Assembly (NCBI GenBank): GCA_043228905.1 | Contig: JBHGNT010000005.1 | Location: 17,484,001-17,548,000 of the forward strand | Direction of reading: 5' to 3' | Length of the DNA stretch: 64,000 nucleotides | Source: Azolla caroliniana | Taxonomy: Eukaryota > Plantae > Polypodiophyta | In this document: piece by piece, positions 35,201 through 47,300 of the stretch | How the letters are laid out: the number at the start of each line of letters is the position of its first letter | Numbering within the stretch: the first letter of the stretch is position 1 | Notes under the pieces: generated by a model | The model's database searches: none | Told to the model about the DNA's origin: nothing | What the model saw: the letters and a program-made list of their open reading frames with translations, nothing else | Made by a program: the position numbers and the translations under genes

Positions 35201-36408
35201 ACCTCGTGTCGATCGGACAGATTGTCGACCAGGGGATGCAAGTTGGATTCACGCATCTCGGTTGCTACATCGAAGAAGAGGGGAAAGTCATTGCACAAGG
35301 GCATCGAGAAGGGAGGATGTTCATCCTCAACACCAATGAAGTCGGAACCGTGTTGTTCACAAAAGGATAGAAGGTCGAGTCAGACATTGACCTATGGCAC
35401 AAGCGGTTTGGCCATGTTAACTTCCCGCAGCTTCGTGAAATGTAGACAAAGAACATTGTTTTCAGATTGCCGAAATTTAGTGGCCGGAACGGCCAAGTCT
35501 GCAAAGCCTACCAACTCAAGAAGTAGCACCAACTTCCATTCCCCAATGAGCATAATCGGAGTCAAAATCCTCTCGATGTGATCCGTTCGGATGTATGGGG
35601 ACCAACACAAAACATGAGCATCGGAGGAAGTTGTTGCTTCGTAACCTTCATCAATGACTTCACTCTACACACTTGGGCGTGCTTGATCGCGAAAAACATC
35701 AAAGTCTCCGCATGTTTCCTAAAGGTGAAGAGACTTGTAGAAAGGGAAACTGGGCGAATGATCAAGTGCCGATGGCGGGAAGGAGTACTTCTCCGACCAG
35801 TTCTCGTGTTATCTACAAAAGGAGGGAATTCGACGCGAATTCTCGTGTGGTACATGCTGCAACAGAATGGCGTGGGTGAGAGGAAGAGTCAGATGATAGA
35901 GGAGGCGGCAATGACAATGCTTCAACAAAAGCATCTGCCGAAGTTCTATTGGGACAAAGCGATAAGAATAGATGTCTACCTCCAGAATCGAGCATCTGCC
36001 AATGGAAGAGTGTCACCACATGACTTGTACTTCAAGAAGAAGCCGAACTTGGCACACTTGAGGGTTTTCGGTAGGATCGCGTATGTGCATGTGTCGAAGG
36101 AGAAATGGAGGAAGCTAGACGCCAAAGCCAAGAAGTGTATCTTGGTTGGCTACTTGGACGAACAGAAGGGTTATAAGTGTTATAATCCCCGAACCAAACA
36201 AGCTCGTGTAAGTCATGATGTTGTGTTCAACAAGTCCACGTCATGGTACTTGCCTTCGTCTCCAACCCCTGATGACTCCATTCCGATCTCTGACAAAGAG
36301 GTCAACGAGGCTGAAATGCCTCAGGACAAAGGAGACATCGGAACTCTTGAAGAGAGTCGATCTCATTCAGGTTAAGTGGGCCGAATGAGCGACTGAGTCG
36401 GCATGACC

Positions 36409-37414
36409 TGTCAAGATTAGAACTCTTGACACGACCATGTTATAATGTAGTATCATGGGTTAACCAATATATCTAGTACACAGTTACGTATGTAATTGGT
36501 CCTTATTGTTTTGCTAGCATCATGTGCATAGTTGCTCCCTTGTAGTATTTACACTTGGCACATGCATGCATACCTACATGCTCTATTGTAGATTCACATG
36601 CGTGCAACAAGTATGCATGCCATGTAGTATAAATAGAGGAGTTCACCTTGAAGGAATTCAAGGTGAACAACACCAGTTATGGAGTCTTTCCATTAATACT
36701 ACTCATCCATTTGTCTATCTTCTTCTTGTCTCGTGAGCTTATGATCTATCTGTGATAGTTTGTTCACCTTCCAATCCTCATAGCTCTCCCTCTCATAAGC
36801 CATAGCTATGTCCGACTCAACTAGTGAGTTAGGCCAAATAATGGTAGCCTTAAGACAACTCCAACTTGAAAATGAAGCTCTTCGAAATTCTTTACAAGAA
36901 CTTCAAGTCGGTGCCTCCCTATCCTCACAACCCCCGAAGCCTAGTCTCCCACAACAACCTAGCCTAGAGCCCAATCTTCTACCAACATCTAGCCTAGCTT
37001 CATCGCATTTTCTTGAGCCTAAGGTTAGCCTCCCAGAAAAATTTGATAGAACGAGGTCGCATTTCCGAGGGTTCATCAACTAAGTTCGACTTATCATTCG
37101 GCTACAACCTCAACATTATGGAGATGGTCTTCGACAAGTCGGCCTTGTCGGCACCCTTCTCTCCGGTCCGGCCCAAGCTTGGTTTGCACCATTGCTAGAA
37201 ACCTCTTCACCTCTATTGGAGAACTTTCCCGCCTTCCTCGCCGAGTTAGAGGCCACATTTGGAGAGATGGGCCGACGACGTACAACTCTTAACAAGATTT
37301 ATGCACTTGAACAAGGTTCGCGTGCAGCTTCGGTCTATGCTTCAGAATTTCGACAACTAGCATGCGATGTCAATTGGGATGATCAAGCTTTAGTTTATCA
37401 CTTTCGGCGTGGTA
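36409..37414 (+). mobile_element. Truncated Tcn1-like Gypsy H (5' LTR plus partial gag)
   Basis: LTR 36409-36757; gag from 36808 (PKVSLPEKFDRTRSHFRGF, homologous to gag of D); flanked by TGACC at 36404-36408 and 37415-37419. Confidence 0.85.
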
Positions 37415-38157
37415 TGACCAGTTAGACATAGAGCCAGCAAGTAGTGGAGACTCGGTCGTGCATTTCCCGCGTAGGAAGCCGAGGAGACGGTTTACGCGCA
37501 AAGAAAAGGGAAAGAAGAAGACGCCAGAGTACGACACTGACAAAGACAAGTCAGATCAAAGAGAATCCGACTCTGAGAAGAACAAAGGTGAACCTTCGGA
37601 AACGAAGTCTGCGTCGGCCAAGAGGGCCTCAAAATCGGCTAATGAGCAATTACGTTGATCTACCTGCCAGAAGAACCCCATGGTGCGGTTCGGATACAAC
37701 GAGTACATGGCGCATCATTATGCATACATGATGCGAATGGCGGAAGTGCGTGAGCTGGAGATCTACGCAGAAGCGGCGAAGGACGCAAATTGGTGTGCCG
37801 CAATGGAGGAAGAGATGCACGCATTAGCGGAAAATGAAACATGGGACCTAGTTGATGCCCCGAAGGGTGTAAAGCCGATTGGATGCAGGTGGGTGTACAA
37901 GGTCAAGTACAACACCGACGACTCTGTCAACCGCTACAAGGCCCATTTAGTGGCGATGGGATGCGCACAACGACACGACATCGACTACGATGAGACCTTT
38001 GCGCCGATCGCAAAGATGACAACCATCCATGTCCTACTTGTGGTAGCCGTGGTCAAGGGGGGGGCCTTTCATCAAATGGATGTAAAGAATGTGTTCCTGC
38101 AAGGAGGACTTGAGGAGCAGGTGTACATGGTACAGCCCCCCAGATTTTAGTCCGGAA

Positions 38158-38983
38158 CAAGGTTGTTAAGTACGTTAGGTACGGTACGGATACCATATGT
38201 ATTTAACGTATTAATACTCGTATAGTACCTCCCAATTTAAAAATACGTTAAATACGTTTTCTTAATATGTTAAATACTTATAAAATACGTAAAATACGTA
38301 TTTTAGGTATAGTACATTAAATACTTCTAGAATTTGAAAATTATTTACCTTTCTAAAAAATATCTATAATATTGTAAAATACATCTATGTTTACACAATT
38401 TTGTGATGTACAATATAGTTCTACGTCCTAAAATGCATATAAGACATTTGAACATTTCACATCCTAAAATACTTGTAGTAATATGGATGTCGACATTCCC
38501 TTATTCTATAAATCAGTGTAAGTGTGTATCACGATGTTTTACTTCAAATTGTAATCATTTACAATTATGCCTTCATAGATTGAGAAATCGTCTACGATTA
38601 TCACACTCATGATAGGTTTCTCTTTTCTTCGTTTTGTTCTTCTTTTTCTTCTATCTACTGCGATTATCACACTCAGGATAGGTTTATGTCTTCTTTTCTC
38701 TCTTCTTCATCTTCTTCATCGTCGTCTCTTCTATTCTTCTTTCTTCCTTCCTTTGGCTTCTTTTTCACTAAAATCTTTTTTTTCTTTTGCTTTTTGTTAA
38801 GGTTTTACTTACATTTTCTTTATAAATACATATTATACCTATTTTCTATAAATACATTAAATACCGTATTGGACAAATGTACATGATATTTGACTGAACA
38901 ACATTGAGGTATAGTACGTACTATACAAATGATGAGGTACTATACGTATTTAAACGTTAAATACGGGTACATAAACAACCATG
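38158..38983. mobile_element. Non-autonomous hAT-type DNA transposon
   Basis: TIR CA(A/T)GGTTGTT; 8-bp TSD GTCCGGAA at 38150-38157 and GTCCAGAA at 38984-38991; subterminal TACGT repeats; AT-rich. Confidence 0.85.
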
Positions 38984-41005
38984 GTCCAGAAAGAACACTG
39001 AGCGGTATGCCGACTAAAGAAGTCCCTCTACGGACTAAAGTAAGCCCCTGCGTCGGATGGGGTTTGCAACGTCCAAATCAGACTCTTCATTGTTCGTTCG
39101 GCAAGGTCCACATGGACCGGTTAGTATTTTACTTTATGTTGATGACTTAGTAATCGTCGGTACTGACAAAGCTTAAATCGGCCGCGTAAAGTCCCAGTTC
39201 GTGGCATCATTCGACATGAAGGACCTAGGGGACCTTCATTACTTCCTAGGGATCGAAGTGATCTACACCCCCGAAGGCATACTGATCAGCCAACGACATT
39301 ACGTACTGAGTATGCTCTTCAAGTTTGGGATGGCAGACGGTAAGTCCATCTCAACTCCTCTGGACAGAAACATAAAGCTTCACCGAGATTCGGGAAAGGC
39401 GTGCGACCCGACACGGTTCCGACAGATTATCGCCAGCCTAATTTATTTGACAATCACTCAGCCGGATCTCAGTTACCTGATCGGCCTAATTAATCAATTT
39501 ATGTCGCAGCCCATGACAGAACACCTTCAATGCGCGGAAAGGATATTGTACTATGTCCGTGGCACTATGGATAGGGCACTGCTATATTGGACCAGTATTG
39601 CCGCATAGCTCGTCAACTACTCGGGTTCCGATTGGGCCAGAAACGTCGGCGATCGTAGGTCCACATCTAGGTTCGTTTTCTCACTTGGGAGCACCGCAAT
39701 CGCCTAGAGCAGCAAGAAGTAGCCAACAGTTGCACTGTCGCGTACGGAGGCTGAGTATCGAGGAGCGGTTGTCGTGACATGTGAAGCCATTTGGCTCAAG
39801 AGGCTTCTCAAGGATTTGCAGGTGGAGGTGTCCGCTCCGACAACGATCTACTGTGACAACCTCAGTAGCATCCAACTTACGAAGAACCTCGTCTTCCATG
39901 CCCAGACCAAGCACATTGAGGTGCACTACCATTTTGTCCGCGAGCGTGTCCTCTCCGATGAAGTCAAACTAGCGTATGTTCCGACGGATCGGCAGACTGT
40001 CGACATCTGCACCAAGCCCCTTGGTCTCGACAAGTTGCGGCAATTCTCGGGTGCGCTTGGTTTGTGACACCTCGACGTGCTAAACTTGAGGGGGAGAAAA
40101 GACCAGGAAAGGAGCGGAAGTGACCGCGAAGCCGAGTCGATTGAAGAATTCAATTTTGGGTCAGTTGAAGAAGTCGAAGGCGGAAACAAGGGCAGCAACC
40201 AAAGGGAAGAGTCGGAGTCTGTCGAACAAGGGGGAGATGAAGCCAAGAAGGGCGAGAAGGCCAAGACCAAGACATGGTATGATGTGGCTAAGGGCCTAAA
40301 GACAGAAGATGAATTGGAGACAGCCAATTTGGGCAAGCGCGGAAACGAATCGGAGACAACCGATTCGATTCAAATGTTTCATTTGGAGATGTTGAATCAA
40401 CTGAAGGCCATGCAAAGGAAAGGGTAGCGGAAGAGATGCCAACACCACGAATATAAGGGAATTGAGAAAGGCCACACGAGCAGACAAGCCGACCGAAAGG
40501 GTTGAGGCGTGCGGAATCGAACGTGTTGAGGAGCGCGAACGAGCCGTGAAGCTAGGAGAAGCCAGAATGAAGATCCAGAAGAGCAGGTGGAACCTCAAGT
40601 TGAGCTTGAGGAGGAGTTTTGAGATACAAGCTCAACATTGGGTACGCAATGAGAGGCTGTAGTGGTGCGTAAACCGGGAGGCCGTTGGATAAATATTCCG
40701 CGGAGGAATATATTTTTGGGAGTTAGTGTAGGGGCTCATTGATGAGCATTGAAGTACGTGTCAGTACTTCTATCAGTCCGTATGGACCTATAGAAAAGTG
40801 TTCTTTGAGCACATCCTATGTACAGAGTTTTAGAGTATTGTTTTGGAATACAGTTTTCTGTGTTCTGCTCTCTCTGTCTCTCCCGCGTACATTGTGTCGA
40901 TTAAGCTTTCCATTAAACCTTCCTTATCTTCCTTGTCTCGTGTCTTTTATCTGTTGTTACCCAGTTGTGTCTGGTAAGCTTCCACACATATTCTTTTACA
41001 CTATA

Positions 41006-42746
41006 TTTCGGGCAGAAGCCGAATTTAAGGCACCTTAAGGTATTTGGTAGCATTTCATATGTGCATGTGCCGGATGAGAAGCAGAGAAAGTTGGACCCGA
41101 AGTCGGAGAAGTGCATCCTTGTCGACGACTCACATGAGCAAAAGGGTTATAAGTGTTATAACCCCCAAACAAAACAAGTTCAAGTGAGCCGAGATGTCAA
41201 ATTTGATGAGTTGGCATCATGGTACTCTCTATAGGCTCCGATGTCCAACTCCAACTCGATTCCGGTGGATGAGGCCAGTGAGCCCGAAACGATCTAGGCA
41301 GAAGATGAAGAAGAATTTGGTACTCTAGATGAGAGTCCGATCTCAGTTTGGTTGAGCGGGCCGAACGAGCGACTGAGTCGGAACAACCAGTCAAATGAAG
41401 AGTCGACGAGTAGCAAAGACTCGACCGTGCTTTCCCCATGTAAGGAACCGAGGAGACGGTTCACGCGCAAAGTAAAAGGGAAGCAGAAGATGCCGAAATA
41501 CGGCATTGCCAGAGACAAGTTGAATCGGAGCGAATCCAACTCCAGAAATAACGAAGTTGAACTTGTGGGAACAAAGTCCAAGCCAGCCACGAGGGCCTTA
41601 AAATCGGCTAATGAGAAGTCGCATCGATCCACCTGCCAGAAGAACCCCGTATAGAGGTATGGATATAATGAGTACATGGCGCATCACTATGCATACATGA
41701 AGAAAGTGGCGAAGGTGCATGAGCTGGGAACAACGCCGAAGCGGCAAAGGACGCACATTGGCGTGCCGCAATGGAATAAGAGATGCAGGCACTGGATGCC
41801 AATGACACATGGGACCTGGTTGACCCTCCCTAACATTGCAAAACGATTTGTTGCAAGTGGGTGTACAAGGTAAAGTATAATGCTAACGGTTTGGTCAACC
41901 AGTACAAGGCCCGGTTAGTGGCCAAAGGATACACGCAAACCCACAGAATAGACTACGATGAGAACTTCGTTGCGGTAGCGAAGATGACGACAGTTCGTGT
42001 GGTGCTACTGGTTGTTGTGGCAAGAGAGTGGCATCTTCACCAAATGGATTTGAAGATTGCATTTCTTCAAGGTGATCTTGAACAACAAGTCTACATGATC
42101 CAACCCCCCGATTTTCAGTCAGAGATGAACAAGTCGGTAGTTTGTTGACTCAAGAAGTCGCTTTACGGCTTGAAGCAAGCCCCTCGAGCTTGGAATTCAA
42201 AGATTATGCACCGGTTGCATAAGATGGGGTTTGCGGCCTTGAAGTCGGACTCTTCATTGTTTATCCAGAAAGGTCCAGTATGTATCTTGTTATACGTGGA
42301 TGATCTGGTCATCACCAGACCCGACTTCACTGAAATTGGCCGAGTGAAGTCCCAGTTGTCGGACGCTTTTGACATGAAGGACCTAGGGGACCTTCATTAC
42401 TTCCTTGGGATCGAAGTGATCCATACCCCTGACAACATATTGTTATCTCAGCGACATTATGTCTTGAATATGTTGTACAAGTTCGGCATGACGGATTTCC
42501 GACCAATCTCCAATCCCCTAAACCAGAACCTAAAGCTTCGTCCCGACTCTGAACCGGCTTGCGATGAATAACGGTTTCGACAGATTTTCAGAAGCCTTAT
42601 TTATTTAACGATCACCCGACCAGCTATCTGATCAAAGGGATCAGTCAATTCATGAAGAAGCCAACCATGGAGCACTTTTAGTGCGCGCACCGAATACTGA
42701 GGTATGTTAGCGACACTAAGGATCAGGGGATGTTATACTGACACGG
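41006..42746 (+). pseudogene. Integrase C-terminus and RT of B
   Basis: FGQKPNLRHL, YKVKY, QMDLK, YVDDL; continues from 33488. Confidence 0.87.
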
Positions 42747-44370
42747 TGTCATGAAAATCCGTCACTATGTATGGATCGTGAGGCGGAACTGCCAGGGTTA
42801 TGGACGGGAAGGAAATAGGGCTCACAACACAACACAAGGAAGGCTTACACAAACAAGGCACGAGTATTCGAACGTGTTTACAAAAAGGAGAGACCTGTGC
42901 ATGGGCAAGCCCGAATCAACCCCTAGTCATAAGGCGAACAAATGCACATGAGGAAAAGGCTTACTTACACACATGAGAGACAAAGTTTCAAATGCCTTTG
43001 TGAAAAGAGAGGTGCATGGGCAAGCCCAAATGCTCCTTGTTACAAGACACACAAACACACGCAAAGGGGTTTTACCTTTGCTGCCCTTGCCATGACCTCC
43101 ATTACCCCATCCTCCACCTCATCAAGAATGTCGAGAGGTTCATAGTTGTTGTCCAATCCCTCATCAAGATCCCTAACATTGGCTTGGGCTACCACGACTT
43201 TTGGTGATTTCCTTCGTGGACATTCAGATGCTAAGTGTGGACCGTCGCATTCAAAACAACCACTTCGAAGATTTGGGAGCCTTTCCCCATTTGATGTGGA
43301 TGCCATGATTTGTCGTGCTCCACTACTATGCCCCCAATTATCTTTGGACATAGTAGGTGATCTGTTGAAGACGCTTTGCCCTTCACTACTAAAATCGCAT
43401 CTCATTGGGAAGTTTATGGACGATTTCATGGCTCGAAATGGTTGTTGAAGTTCCTCGAAATCACCAATTCGTTCAACCAGTTGAACCACCATCTCCAAAT
43501 TCATCGGTTGTTGCTTTTCAATCTCTATCCTGATTTTAGATCTTAAACCAAACAAAAAACCATGAATTTTAGTCACTTCATGAAAATGAGGAAGTTGAAG
43601 CATGAGTTGTCTGTACTTGTTGACATATGTCGACAAAATCCCCTCCTTGCCTTAATTTCCTCCATTCATCCATCAAACGAGTTGTTTCATTTGGTGGGAT
43701 AAACTATTGCCGCATTCAAGTTGTGAAGGCTTGCCATCCCATGAACTGATATGTCTTCTCTCCGGCAAGATACCAATTAAAAAGTTTGTTGTAGATACGG
43801 TGGTCTTGAGATATACCACTTTGTTGAAAAAAGTGTTCTACCTCATGAACCCACTTATTCAAGGCTTGTGATTTTCGTTCACCTAAATACATCCGAGGTT
43901 TGATTGGCATGAGCCTTCCGCCTCCCCCTTCTATGCCCCTATTTGCATTTCTGAGAAGGAGATCTACTGATATTTCTAATCGATCCTTTGGTGGGGCTTG
44001 GTTGTGGCCATCATCCGTCTCCATGATTCTTCTAGTTGTCTCTTCTCGTGACTCTTGCCCTTCTACTTCTAACGCTTCATGGAGAGATCTGAATTCGATT
44101 CCCACCGTTTCTTCCAAATCATGTGAGGTTTGCCCTCTTGGTTGTTCCATTTGGTCACTACCATGCTCTAATATTTCTCTTGATTCAAATTCATCCATGA
44201 TTTGCATATTTCCCCTTCGTCAACGAGGGCATGGTTCCCTATCCATTCTCCTTCTATTATTCAACATATTTGCATAAATTTCCTACTTGAAAAAAAAATC
44301 AGCCACCAATGTAGCCTTCCACTCGATTTCTAGCCACCACTTCCACTCTTGGCTGCCACGATTTGAGTTG
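42747..44370 (-). mobile_element. Gypsy-like remnant J with gag pseudogene (43040-44207)
   Basis: Starts TGTCATGA; gag-like YVNKYRQL..FLFGL and knuckle CFECDGPHLASEC; no pol; boundaries uncertain. Confidence 0.6.
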
Positions 44371-44375
44371 TTGTT

Positions 44376-47300
44376 TGTTATACATGTATCCCCGATACAT
44401 ACTAAGTGTGAAAAGGCCAAAACTGGTCTTCCACTTAGTTGTGTGGGGAGAGAGAGAGAGAGTGTGAGTTAGTGAGTGTGAGAGAGCGAGTGTCTGTGTT
44501 CTCTCTGTGTGGTTTTTTTTTTCCCCCCTTTTCTTTTTGTTGTAGAGATTTACCTCTCTCTCCTCTTGTAATCTCCACCCTGCTGTATCAATTGAATCCC
44601 TTTGTCATTCACCCCCTATTCCTCTCGTGCACTCCTTCATCCTTCATTGTCCGTGCTTTACGATCAAGAGCAGATTGTCTCTTGATTTTCTGCTCTATTG
44701 ATTGTCATCAGTGGTATCAGAGCGAGAGAGACAACGAGGGAAGCTTTGGAGTCAGAAACAACAAGCATCTGAGACTCGTAGTGGTGTAGGAGATTCGTGT
44801 GGCAAGCGTTGGAGTATCAGGCTCAATTGAAGCATCTACCTACTATTGGGCATCTCCAGCATCTTCGATATTGAAGAAAGGAACATGTTATTCACATGTA
44901 TTTCCCTTGGTTAAACTCTCTTATTATTCATCATATGCGAAACATTCTTTGGGTGGAAATAAGTTGTGGTGGGAGAGACCCCTGCCACATTGGCAAGAGA
45001 GATTTGGGGTTAATGTGAATGCACAGCAAAGCCGATGCCTACAGTTTGTGGTTTGGGAGATGTATGTGAGTCAATGTCATTGCTACATTTGGAAGAGAAA
45101 TTTGGGGTCAACGTGAATGTATAACATAACAGTTGCCTACAATTTGTGATTTGGAGATGTATGTTAGCCAATATTGTTGTCATATTTTGGAAATTATATG
45201 TCTTGAAGTGGTGCTTGTTTTATGCAAGAGTGGTATCAACCCTCTTTGACAGTTCACAGCTGATATTTTGGAAGTTGTATGCTTTCAGTGGTGCGTGTTG
45301 CACGAAAAATAAAAATAAAAAAATAAAAAAATTTGGGTATCAATTGTTTGACAGTTTGCCATAAGCTAGTTGGTTACTAGTTTTTGTTGCCCAATCGTTG
45401 CTTGATATTGTCGTTCACTCCTATGGAGTCTAAAATGTTAGATGTATCTAGTGGCACTTATGTTGCTCGTAATAGTTCAAGTAAGAACTATTCATTTTAG
45501 GGAAAAGATCATATTGAGATCCGGAAATTCGATGGATCTAATTTTGCTTTGTGGAAGAATCAGATGCATGATGTATTGGTTCAAAGAAAGCAAACTAGGC
45601 CCCTCGGCGGGAAAGCGAAGAAACCGAATGACATGGATGATGATGATGATTGGGAGGAACTTGATGCCTTGACCATGTCCACTATAAGATTGCACTTGGC
45701 GGATAGTGTCTACTTTACGGTTTTAGATAACCAAAACTCCGAAGAACTTTGGAAAAAACTATGCAATACATATGAGAAGGAGACTGCAGCAAACAAGGTG
45801 TATTTGATGAGAAAATTATATGACCTTCGTATGAAGGATACAGATAGTATCGCGTCTCATTTAAATTAGTTTGATGCATTATGGTCGCAATTGCAAGCTC
45901 GGAAAATGACCATGGATGATGAATTGAAAGCTGTATTTTTGCTATGCACATTGCCTAGCTCATGGGTCACATTTTGCAGCGCTATTAGTGCTAGTGTACC
46001 AAACGGGAAATTGGTGTATAATGACATAAGTGGAGCACTATTGGGTGAAGAAATACGTAGGAAATCTATGGTTTCCTCACAAGTTGGAGATGCATATAAT
46101 GTTCGAGATTCTGGTTATGGTAAAAACCAGCAACGTGGTAGAAGCCAAAGCAGAAATAGTCATGGAAATCATGACAAGAGCAGAAGTAAGTCTAGGAAGA
46201 GACTTGTGGAATGCCATTATTGCCACAAGAAGGGTCATATTAAGAAAGATTGTTATGCCTTGAAGAACAAAGAAAAGGAAAAGAGTAAAACTCATGGTGA
46301 TGGGCATGTTAAACAATTGGTTGGTTCATCATCTTCGCTGAAAATAGAGGAAATAAATGTTGCATGTGATGATGGCATTGACATCTTGGTCATGGATGAT
46401 GATGCTACCTATGCTAAGGCTAATATTGCTCATGTGTTTGCTCATACATGGTTGTTGGACTCTGGTGCTTCATTTCATGTGACTCCACATAGAGAGTGGT
46501 TCACACGATACGAAGCTAAATCACTTGGTACAGTCCGACTTGGAGATTCACATCAATGTGATGTGACTGGCATCGGAGATGTCATGGTACAATTTTCTGA
46601 TGGCTCTTAGTTTACCATACAAAATGTACGCCATGTGCCTGAGCTAACTCGTAGCTTAATGTCTGTTGGACAACTTGATAACATTGGTTTTAAAGTGATT
46701 TTTGTTGCCCAGTCCTTTCGTATTACAAAAGGCAATGTGGTTATTGCTAAAGGTAACAAAGTTGGTTCACTTTATCCTTTAGTTGTCCATCAAAAGGAGC
46801 ATCTTTTGACAGTCATAGAACAGCCTATGACATGTATTTGGCATGGTTGTTTAGGTCACATGTCTCGTATTGGAATGGAAACATTATCACGTTTTGGCTA
46901 TTTACCTATGTTATCATTTTCAAATTTTTCAGTTTGTGAGCATTGTCAATATGGTAAACAAACTAGAAGTGTGCATCAAAATATTAATTCTAATTCGTCT
47001 ACTCAACCCTTGGATCTAGTTCATACGGATGTATGTGGCCCTATGCCTACCAGATCATTGGGTGGAGCTTTGTACTTTATTACATTTATTGATGATGCCA
47101 CAAGAAAGATTTGGGTGTATCCCATAAAACAAAAGGGCAACGTATACTCTGTTTTCAGAAAATGGCTTGCCTCAGTTGAGAGCTTGCCTCAGTTGAGACT
47201 GAAAAGGGTATAAAGCTTAAGGCTTTACATTCTGATAATGGAGGTGAGTATACCTCTCATGAGTTCAGAGATTTTTGTGATTCTAGAGGCATATGTAGAG

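Larger units (their letters stand above)
33985..40505 (+). pseudogene. gag-pol of G (many stops; interrupted by H and hAT element)
   Basis: CWYCGKKGHRESEC, SDVWGP, WVYKVK, MKDLGDLHYFLG, TKHIEVHYHF. Confidence 0.88.
33489..41000 (+). mobile_element. Degenerate full-length Ty1/Copia G (A family), inserted in integrase of B
   Basis: LTRs 33489-33899 and 40617-41000; TSD CTGTA/CTATA; PBS 33900-33911; gag from 33985; pol extension ends near 40505. Confidence 0.9.
9284..42746 (+). mobile_element. Degenerate Ty1/Copia B (3' end lost); host of C and G
   Basis: 5' LTR 9284-9705; PBS 9706-9717; gag/PR 9800-11039; INT 32757-33488 and from 41006; RT to 42746; coding sequence joins across the C and G insertions. 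Confidence 0.85.

Noticed and set aside
44345-44362. PBS-like (C)GTGGCAGCC on the minus strand upstream of J gag
   Set aside because: No intact TGG start and no adjacent LTR end identifiable
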